Shown here: positions 9,675-17,990 of the stretch, piece by piece | Position numbering within the stretch: position 1 is the stretch's first letter | Layout of the letters: each line of letters opens with the position of its first letter | Source: Fonticula alba ATCC 38817 | Taxonomy: Eukaryota > Protista > Nucleariida | DNA: 18,931 bases | Strand: one strand, 5' to 3' | Assembly: GCA_000388065.2 (NCBI GenBank) | Contig: KB932216.1 | The notes under the pieces: model-generated | Databases searched by the model: none | Told to the model about the DNA's origin: nothing | What the model saw: the letters and a program-made list of their open reading frames with translations, nothing else | Program-made: the position numbers and the translations under genes

Positions 9675-12600
9675 ACCCCGGACCCCAGGCCGAAGGCCGT
9701 CGGGTAGTGGTGCAGGTGCCACAGGCAGCCGTGAACCACAAAGCGCTCCAGGGCCCCGAGGGCGCCCTGCAAATTGCGCAGCAGCATGCGCCACTCGACC
9801 GGCGACCGGGCCGAGGTCCCCTGCTGGGTGACCATGGTGAAGGCCTCGATCAGGGGATCCCGCCACCGGGCCATCAGGGCCGGGCCATGCGTGCAATAGG
9901 CACCGATCAGCAGCCAGGCCATGTCGCTGAGGGCCACTTGGGATTCCAGCCACTCCGGCAGGCACTGCCCGAGCGAGGGGTTGGAGCTGACCGCCGACAC
10001 GGCCGCCTGGCGGACCAGCGCCCCGGTGCGCAGAGTGGCGAAGGCCCGGTCGGCGGTCGCCGCCAGCGAGGCATTTGCCTGGGTGGCATCCAGCCAGGCC
10101 GGGCCCAGGACCGCCAGGCCGGAGGCCGCCAGCGACAGGCCGGAGGCCGCCAGCGAGCCGGCCGGCGCCGCGGCCGCCGCCGCGCTCAGTGCCCCGCCGG
10201 CCGGCTCGGCCGCCGGCGTCGAGGTGGAGGACGACATCATTTGCGGGGCCGGCGCCCCGGGCCCGGTGCCGGCCGGCGCCGGCAGGCCAATCCCGGCCGC
10301 CGCCTGCAGGGCCGCCGGCGCGGCCGACGAAAACCCGGCCAACGTCGAAGCCACCAGGTCCGCATCCGACATGGTGGCCAGCGAGGTGAGCCCGGTTTGC
10401 AGGCCGGTCGGCGGGGCACCGCCAGCCCCGAAGGCCGGCCCCGGGGCCGGGGCCGACCCGGTGGCCACACTCCCCAGGGCCGGGCCGCTGGTCGGCAGCA
10501 GGACCTGCGGCGTTTCCGACGCCAGCATGGCCGCCGCCGCCGCGCCCGCACCCCGAACCCACACACTCCGGACCACGGCCCCGCCCGGGGCAAAGGCCGC
10601 CGGCATCAGCTCATGCAGGGGCCGCGCCCGGGCGGCGCCATTGCCACCGGCGCCGGTGGCCGTGGCGGCGCCCGCCGGCGACACCCCGGCCGCGGCCAGC
10701 AGCTCCGGCGGGCTGGACGCATCGACCGCCGAAAAGACCGCCGCCGCCAGCAGGGCCCCGGCGCCGGAGGCCCCGGTCGGGAAGCAGGCCGCGAAGTAGG
10801 CGCGCGAGGCGCCGGCCGCCGCCGCCCGCACCGCGTCCACACTATGGCCATAGCACCGGACCAGCGGCGAGTGCAGCAGGCTGCGCATGCGCTGGTCGAT
10901 GGTCTCCTCGGGGCCGGACCCGGACCCGGACCCGGACCCGGACCCGCCGGCCGCCACGTCGGCCGGGCCGCCGGCCGGGGTGGAGAAGGCCGCCGAGCCG
11001 AGCGACGCGGCCAGGCGCCCGGCATGCGACGCCAGCACCGCCAGCGACACCGCGGCACCGGCATTCTCCGGCGGGCTGTCCACCAGGGCCTCCATCTCGA
11101 GGGACACCACGCGCAGCATGCCGGCCAGGCCGGCCTCGCTGTCCAGGCGCTTGGCAATGCGCGACAGGAGGTAGGCAACGGCCGACCGGGCCACCAGCAC
11201 CTCCGGGTGCTTGAGGGCCGCCTCGGTGGCCGCCACCGACAGGGCCTGCGCCCCGAGCGGGGCATTCAGGCTGGCCGAGGCCAGCGGCGGGGTGCCGGCC
11301 GGGCCGCCGGCTCGCGGCGACAGGGCCCCACCCGACTGCGCGCAGATGGCCGCCCGGTGGTGATCGGCAATCGGCGCCAGCAGCTGCTGGGTGATGTGCG
11401 CCACAAAGGCGTGGAGCTGGTCGCCGCTCAGCAGCGGGTGCGGGGCGGCCCGGCTGTGCGGGCTGCCCAGCAGCTCCAGCACCCGGTCATAGGCATTCAT
11501 GATGCCGATGCGCTGGCCCACCGGGATGTTGGCCCGGGAAAATTGCAATGCCAGCGGGGCGAACAGCGAATTGATCAACCCCAATGACGGGGTGGCCTCG
11601 ATGGAAGCCAACGAGGCGCCGGTGTCGCCGGCCGGCCCGGACCGCCGCATGAGGAACGACCCGAAGGAGGAGGTCAGGGACTTGGCCGGCACCGGGCCCG
11701 TGGCCCCGGGCCCGGGGGCCCCGCCACCCGGGGCCGAAGCCCCGCCAGGCCCGGCCCCACTGCCGGACATCGAAGAGGCACCGGCACCCGGCAGGCTGCC
11801 GGCATAGCCGGCACCGCCATGCGGCTTGACATCATCCCCGGTCTCGGGGTCCAGGGCGACGGAGCCCGGCGTGCCGGCCGGCGAGCCGGCCATGCCGCCC
11901 CCGGCACCGACCCCGGCCCCGGAGGCCACCCCGGAAAAGGCCGGCAAATGCAGCAGCACAAAGGCCAGCGTGTGGGACATGGCCAGCCGGCAGCTGGCAC
12001 TGGCGCTGGCGTCCTCCAGCGACTTGAAGATGATGGCCACCAGCTGCTGCAGCCCGGCCGGGTCGACGAATTGACAGGACACCAGGGCCTCGATCAGGCG
12101 AAGCCCGGCCAGCCGCAGGGCCGGCGTCAGGAGCCGGTTTTGCGGCGGGGTCGACTCGACCGACGCCCGGGCGATCTTGAGCGCGCTGCGCACGGAGCTG
12201 GTGCTGATGCTCACCTGCAGGGTGGCCGGCACCTTGACCGGCGAGCCGGGCCCGGCCACCAGCGCCCGCAGGCCGGCCAGCTGCTCGGACATGCGCGTCT
12301 GCTCCTGGGAGATCCGGTGGTAGGGCGACAGGGCGGTGTTCGGCAGCCCGGAGAAGCAGAGGACCAGGCACTCGAGCAGCTCGACGCGCATGGTGGAAGT
12401 CTGTGCGTGTGGGGGGGGNNNNNNNNNNNNNNNNNNNNNNNNNNNNNNNNNNNNNNNNNNNNNNNNNNNNNNNNNNNNNNNNNNNNNNNNNNNNNNNNNN
12501 NNNNNNNNNNNNNNNNNNNNNNNNNNNNNNNNNNNNNNNNNNNNNNNNNNNNNNNNNNNNNNNNNNNNNNNNNNNNNNNNNNNNNNNNNNNNNNNNNNNN

Positions 12601-13035
12601 NNNNNNNNNNNNNNNNNNNNNNNNNNNNNNNNNNNNNNNNNNNNNNNNNNNNNNNNNNNNNNNNNNNNNNNNNNNNNNNNNNNNNNNNNNNNNNNNNNNN
12701 NNNNNNNNNNNNNNNNNNNNNNNNNNNNNNNNNNNNNNNNNNNNNNNNNNNNNNNNNNNNNNNNNNNNNNNNNNNNNNNNNNNNNNNNNNNNNNNNNNNN
12801 NNNNNNNNNNNNNNNNNNNNNNNNNNNNNNNNNNNNNNNNNNNNNNNNNNNNNNNNNNNNNNNNNNNNNNNNNNNNNNNNNNNNNNNNNNNNNNNNNNNC
12901 TGTGAGGCAGGATTATGATGAGGGTGCGCGCGCAGGGGGGGCCCGATGCCGGCGGCCGGCGGCCAGCCCAGCGGCGGGACCCCCGGCGCCAGGGCAAGGG
13001 GGCGGGGGGGGGGCGGGGGGGCGGGGGGGGGAAGA

Positions 13036-13079
<44 letters not shown>

Positions 13080-13522
13080 CGAGGCGCACAGGCGGAAGGA
13101 AGAGAGTCGGAGGATGGCCCGCTCGTCGGACTGGGCAGCGGCCGCGGCCGCGGCAGGCCCGGCGCCGGCCGGCGGCGCGGGGAGGACCTGCTTCCCGGCG
13201 AAGAGCGCCGCATGGCCCATCATCTCCATCATCTGGTCGTAGAGGGCACCCCCGACGCCGGGCAGCAGGGGGGCCAGCACCGAGACCGACAGGCTGCCCA
13301 GCGACCGGGACAGATCGTCGGAGGGGCTGCCCGAGGCGGCGCCCGGGGCGGTGGCCGGCGCCGCGGCGCCGGACTGCCCGGGCACCGGGCAGCATGCCAG
13401 GATGCCGACGCTGACCACGCAGCGGCTGAGGATGGCGCGGTTCAGGTGGCAAAGGTGGTGCTGGGAGGCCAGGCGGACCAGCGAGGCGAGGACATCGGAC
13501 ACCAAGAGCGCGCGCTGGAGGG

Positions 13523-13573
<51 letters not shown>

Positions 13574-13883
13574 CCGGGCGACGAAGGGGAGGCGCGGGGC
13601 CGGGGGGGAGGGACGGTCAGGCAACCGGGGCCGGAAGGGACAGCCGACTGTCGCATGGGGCAGGGAGGTGTCAGGCGCGAGGCCGGTGGCGCACATTGCC
13701 GGGGAGATCCGTCGGGCAGAGCTCCGACAGCAGGCGCTCCAGGTCCGACAGCCAGCGGAAGACGGTGCGCTGCTGCTGGTCGGGCGTCTTGCTGGCCAGC
13801 TGGGTGATGATGTCCAGCGACAGGTGCTGGCGCAGGGCCTGGTACTCCGACGAGAGGGGTTGGTCATCTTGGGAGGAGGACAT
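3743..13883 (-). CDS. HEATR5: HEAT repeat-containing protein 5 family (HEATR5/Laa1/SWEETIE; AP-1 accessory scaffold), ~3,100 aa; exons 13883-13695, 13514-13090, probable exon in gap 12899-12419, 12400-3743
   Basis: The N-terminal TVFRWLSDLERLL, the blocks RAGYTLAIGYTLRHVG..HLHDTVGILNSLA..HALHALA and LGRLVNGLVLLLGPEL..QLLLFAP..LVPVL..LRQAALGCLRQL match my recollection of HEATR5B blocks. ATG at 13883. Donors GTGCGC at 13694 and 13089. CAG acceptors end at 13515, 12900 and 12401. The terminal exon is 8,658 nt, open to TGA 3745-3743. The track ORF start at 13213 is an artefact of reading through introns and the gap. Confidence 0.9.
3824..3864 (-). repeat. Coding GAC and GACGCC repeats encoding (AS)n and poly-Ser near the HEATR5 C-terminus
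   Basis: Translates as ASASASASASA..SSSSSS in the HEATR5 frame. Confidence 0.85.
9646..9669 (-). repeat. Coding (GTC)n repeat encoding poly-Thr in HEATR5
   Basis: TTTTTTTT in the translation. Confidence 0.85.
10916..10945 (-). repeat. Coding (GGACCC)5 repeat encoding a GSGSGSGSGS linker in HEATR5
   Basis: Directly visible and in frame. Confidence 0.9.
12419..12899. other. Assembly gap (481 N) inside HEATR5
   Basis: Run of N with a G8 run on the left. Confidence 0.99.
12998..13079 (-). repeat. Poly-G on + (poly-C on the sense strand) in HEATR5 intron 2, including G43 at 13037-13079
   Basis: Directly visible, just inside the donor at 13089. Confidence 0.9.
13525..13570 (-). repeat. (GA)23 on +, i.e. 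a (TC)23 pyrimidine tract next to the 3' splice site of HEATR5 intron 1
   Basis: Directly visible. The acceptor CAG ends at 13515. Confidence 0.95.
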
Positions 13884-13973
13884 GGCGATCCGCGGCTGCG
13901 GGGCCGGGCGACAGTCCGAACGGCGCCGGGGAGGGGGGGAGGGAACGCGAGGGGGGAGGGGAGGGGGGGGGGG

Positions 13974-14387
13974 NNNNNNNNNNNNNNNNNNNNNNNNNNN
14001 NNNNNNNNNNNNNNNNNNNNNNNNNNNNNNNNNNNNNNNNNNNNNNNNNNNNNNNNNNNNNNNNNNNNNNNNNNNNNNNNNNNNNNNNNNNNNNNNNNNN
14101 NNNNNNNNNNNNNNNNNNNNNNNNNNNNNNNNNNNNNNNNNNNNNNNNNNNNNNNNNNNNNNNNNNNNNNNNNNNNNNNNNNNNNNNNNNNNNNNNNNNN
14201 NNNNNNNNNNNNNNNNNNNNNNNNNNNNNNNNNNNNNNNNNNNNNNNNNNNNNNNNNNNNNNNNNNNNNNNNNNNNNNNNNNNNNNNNNNNNNNNNNNNN
14301 NNNNNNNNNNNNNNNNNNNNNNNNNNNNNNNNNNNNNNNNNNNNNNNNNNNNNNNNNNNNNNNNNNNNNNNNNNNNNNNNNNNNNNN
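13974..14387. other. Assembly gap (414 N) in the HEATR5 5' region
   Basis: Run of N flanked by G runs. Confidence 0.99.
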
Positions 14388-14596
14388 GGGGCGCGTACGC
14401 TGGGCCGCGCGCGTGGGGGAAGCCGAGGGGGGGGGGAGGGCCGCCAGGAGGCGTGATCCGGCAGGGGGGAGGGGGCAAGAAGGCGATCGAGCAGAAGAAG
14501 GCGAGAGGGAGGAACGAGGGAAAGGCGCCAGGGGCAGAGGGGAGGGGAGAACGTGTGTCTGCCCCGACTGGGGGAGGGAAACGGACGCCAGTAGTT

Positions 14597-14621
14597 CATA
14601 TAAAAGCGCCATTCGTCGGGG
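14597..14621 (+). promoter_or_regulatory. TATA-like box (TATAAAA 14599-14605) followed by GCCATTCGT
   Basis: The only perfect TATAAAA I saw. It sits where + strand composition switches from G/A-rich to C-rich, and a similar motif is at 21-46. Function is inferred only. Confidence 0.35.
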
Positions 14622-15337
14622 CCCCGCTCCCCTGCTTCCCTTCCCCCCCGCCCTCCGGCCCCGGTGTCGGCCCCGGCGGAAGGGGGGGGGGCGCTTGCCG
14701 CAAAGGGATGTGCGGGCGGGCCTCCCCCGCCGGCCCCCGGGGGTGTGGAAGCCGCTGCCGGCCGGCGCCCATGCCCGGGGCCGCTCGAGCGCCGGCGCTA
14801 GTCCCCCCCCTCCGGGTGCCGGCCGATTCTTCTGGGCCTGGGGGGTGGGGATGGCCCGCCGCGGGCCAAGGTGGGGCGGTCTCTTGACGAGACACGACCG
14901 CGCCGCTCGCGCGCGACCGGGGGCCGGGCGTGGGGTGGTGTTTTCGCGGAAGAGCGCCCTCGCCCCCGCCGCCGCCGCCGCCGCGCCAGGCCGGGCTGCC
15001 CCCGCCGGTGCCAACTCCCAGCGGCCTGCGCCGTCTCAACGTGCCCCGCGCGCACGCCCGGGGCCCGCCCGGCAGAGGGCCGGCAAAAGCCAAGGCGGCG
15101 CGCCCGCCCCCTCCCCCCCTCCCCCCCCGGCCGGCGGCGTGCCGGCCGGGTCCAGGAATTTGCCCGGCCTGCGGCCGAGTGGCGGCGGCCCTGTCCCCCG
15201 ATCCAAGGCCCGCCGAAGGCGCGCGCGTACGGACGGACGCGCCGGTGTGCCGCCCTGCCCCCTTTTCGTGTCCCCCGGAGGGCGCGCGGCCCCTCCGGCC
15301 GGGCGAGCGAGTCGAGGCCGGCAGACACACGCGCACC

Positions 15338-15339
<2 letters not shown>

Positions 15340-15378
<39 letters not shown>

Positions 15379-15391
15379 ACACACACACACA
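15340..15391 (+). repeat. (CA)n microsatellite, about 26 units with one TA interruption
   Basis: Directly visible. Confidence 0.95.
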
Positions 15392-15588
15392 CGCAGACAT
15401 AAACACCAGCATGTCAGAGGAGGATCAAGCCCCGGGAGGAGGCCTTATTGCGCATTAAATATTAATCCATCAAATCCAATTGATCTGGACATTCACACGA
15501 AGACACCCCAGCACCGTGTCCCCGGGGCCTGGCGACGACCCGGGCCACCGCGAGCGCACGCGCACTTCATCTCCCATCAGCTGCCCCT

Positions 15589-15619
<31 letters not shown>

Positions 15620-16409
15620 CTGGCAACGGGGCCGGGGCCGGTCCTGCCCTCGCCCCCGGCCGCGGCCGCCCGGAGCCGGCATACGCGTCTCCCGTCCGGG
15701 AGCTGGCCCCCGCGCGCTGGGGCTGTCATTTCCCCCCCCCCCGGCTCCGGCGCCCTCGCCGGCATCTGCCCCGGCGCCCCGCGACTCCGCGCCCGAAGGA
15801 GAGCGCCGCCGCGACGGCCCGGTGGCCGGGGGCAAACGCGTCCGTCTGAGTGTGGCCAGGGCGGGCGCGAGGGGTCAGGCAGCCCGGCTCGCTGGCCGGC
15901 GCGTGGCCACAGCCTGCCCCCGCCCGGTTCCCCCCATCCCCGGGGGGGGGGGGGGGAGGGGGGACCAAATACCAGGACACCTCAGGCGGGCCACGGGCGC
16001 CGGAGCGCGAGAGAGAGCCCGCCGGCCTACCCACCACGGACGGGTGCCGCTGCCAAGGCGCCTCGGGCCGGGGCCCCGCCGGACCGCGGCCAGCCCCGGC
16101 CCGGCGTGAGAACGCCGGCCACAGAGCGCCGGCCGCCGCCGGGGTCCCCACTCTCCCCGGCTCACGCCGGCCCTCCGGCGCGCGGGGCGGCCCCGCCCGC
16201 CCGGCCGGCGACACGCACGACAGACGGACCAAAGCACGGGGACGATCGCCGGGGCGGCTGTTTGTTTTTCCCCCCCACGTCCAATGGCACATGCCCACCT
16301 TTCCCGCCCCTTTCTCGGGGCCCCGCCGCGCGTGCGCCTGCCATGGCTTCGCGTGTGCCGGCGCTTCCCCGGGCCGGCGGTCTGGGCTGTTTTTTTCCCC
16401 CCCCCCCCC

Positions 16410-17045
16410 NNNNNNNNNNNNNNNNNNNNNNNNNNNNNNNNNNNNNNNNNNNNNNNNNNNNNNNNNNNNNNNNNNNNNNNNNNNNNNNNNNNNNNNNNNN
16501 NNNNNNNNNNNNNNNNNNNNNNNNNNNNNNNNNNNNNNNNNNNNNNNNNNNNNNNNNNNNNNNNNNNNNNNNNNNNNNNNNNNNNNNNNNNNNNNNNNNN
16601 NNNNNNNNNNNNNNNNNNNNNNNNNNNNNNNNNNNNNNNNNNNNNNNNNNNNNNNNNNNNNNNNNNNNNNNNNNNNNNNNNNNNNNNNNNNNNNNNNNNN
16701 NNNNNNNNNNNNNNNNNNNNNNNNNNNNNNNNNNNNNNNNNNNNNNNNNNNNNNNNNNNNNNNNNNNNNNNNNNNNNNNNNNNNNNNNNNNNNNNNNNNN
16801 NNNNNNNNNNNNNNNNNNNNNNNNNNNNNNNNNNNNNNNNNNNNNNNNNNNNNNNNNNNNNNNNNNNNNNNNNNNNNNNNNNNNNNNNNNNNNNNNNNNN
16901 NNNNNNNNNNNNNNNNNNNNNNNNNNNNNNNNNNNNNNNNNNNNNNNNNNNNNNNNNNNNNNNNNNNNNNNNNNNNNNNNNNNNNNNNNNNNNNNNNNNN
17001 NNNNNNNNNNNNNNNNNNNNNNNNNNNNNNNNNNNNNNNNNNNNN
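16410..17045. other. Assembly gap (636 N) in the HEATR5-NAA40 interval
   Basis: Run of N preceded by a T7 run and a poly-C run. Confidence 0.99.
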
Positions 17046-17155
17046 AGTACGTCCGCGCGCACACGCCCCGCCTCCCCCCAGTGCCGCCGTCACAAACAGG
17101 TGGAGAGCCTTCGGTGAGGCGACGACACCTGCGGGGTCACTCCGGCGCCCCTCTG

Positions 17156-17260
17156 CCCCCCCCCCCCCCCCCCCCCCCCCCCGCCCCCCCCCCCCCCCCG
17201 CCCCCCGCCGCGCCCCGCCCCCGCCCCCCCCCCCCCCCGCCCCCCCCCCCCCCCCCTCCC
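17156..17260 (+). repeat. Long interrupted poly-C tract (C27 at 17156-17182), G-quadruplex-capable on the - strand
   Basis: Directly visible. Confidence 0.9.
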
Positions 17261-17990
17261 GGCGCATCCCTGCCCCACCCCTCATCACTTGGCTCCCAGC
17301 CCGGGACGCGACGCTGCCTCCCCCGCCGCCGACTCGCCGCGCCGAAGGGGCGGAAGGGGGGGCGAACCGGGCCCGGTGTTGTCGGCGCCGTGCGCGCCGC
17401 CCAACGTGTGCCCGGCGCGGCCGGTCGCGCCCGTTGTGGGGGGGCGAGGAGGCATGCCCCCCCCCCTCCCCCCGCAAAAAGGGGGCTGCTCTCCGGGGAC
17501 AGGGGGAACGCGCCGCGAAGGAGAGGGGCCAGGCGCGCCTCCGGGTCCGCTGGCCCCCACGCCTGGCCCGATTGGGGCCGGCCGGGCCCGTCCGCTGGAA
17601 TGCCTGCCGGCCGTCGGTTGGCATGCCATTCCCAGGGCACTGATCACACGAAGCGGTCACGCGAGGCGTACGGGAAATCCGCGCGCCGCGCCCACGGCGG
17701 CGGATTTCCCCGGCCGGTCTCGCGAGCGCCGGCCGCCCCGCGCACCCGCGCACCCGCACGCCCGCACGCCCGCACGCCCGAGTCCCGTTCCCTGTGCGGG
17801 CATGCGCGCGCACGCACACCACAGCCACAGCCGCGCCGGTGCTTTTTCGGGCCGATCGTTGAGGGGGCGGATCGCCCGGCGGTGGCCCAGTCAATCCCCT
17901 TTCCGCCCTCCCCCCCCCCCTACTAAGGGTGCATCGCCCCCCTTCGCTTTTTGCTGTCGCCCTCCTTTCGCGCCGCCCTCCCCGTCACAC

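Noticed and set aside
12401-13213. Track start of the 3,156-aa ORF at 13213
   Set aside because: It reads off-frame through exon 2, a poly-C intron and N bases. Homology and splice signals place the start at 13883.
3476-13414. Very long + strand ORFs (3476-4609, 4958-7072, 7112-11587 of 1,491 aa, 11819-13414)
   Set aside because: All are codon-aligned antisense to HEATR5. Stops in that frame need TTA, CTA or TCA codons in the gene, which GC-biased usage avoids. The products are Arg/Gly/Gln-rich with no recognisable motifs.
14388-15014. Upstream in-frame starts for HEATR5 (e.g. MALLYELLAS near 14613)
   Set aside because: The frame relation crosses a gap of estimated size, and family homology begins right after ATG 13883.
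15484-16109. Gly-rich and Pro-rich open frames (SAAPGGGGGGGGGAGNGAG; PAPAPSPASAPAP..GGKRVRL)
   Set aside because: There is no ATG or convincing splice entry, and joining the two protein-like pieces needs a frameshift at a C run. GC content explains them adequately.
16250-16409. T-runs and an imperfect repeat (GGCTGTTT..TTTTCCCCCC twice) as a Pol III gene end
   Set aside because: No convincing A/B boxes, cloverleaf or snRNA signature. Low-complexity sequence explains the repeat.
17282-17288. Box C-like GTGATGA on the - strand
   Set aside because: No box D (CTGA) at a suitable distance, and the interval is poly-C.
15493-17653. Repeated 10-mer TCACACGAAG (15493-15502 and 17644-17653)
   Set aside because: One repeated 10-mer in several kb is plausible by chance, and it does not match the SCB (CACGAAA) consensus.
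17919-17928. CArG-like CCTACTAAGG
   Set aside because: It has a C in the A/T core and is a single occurrence with no other support.
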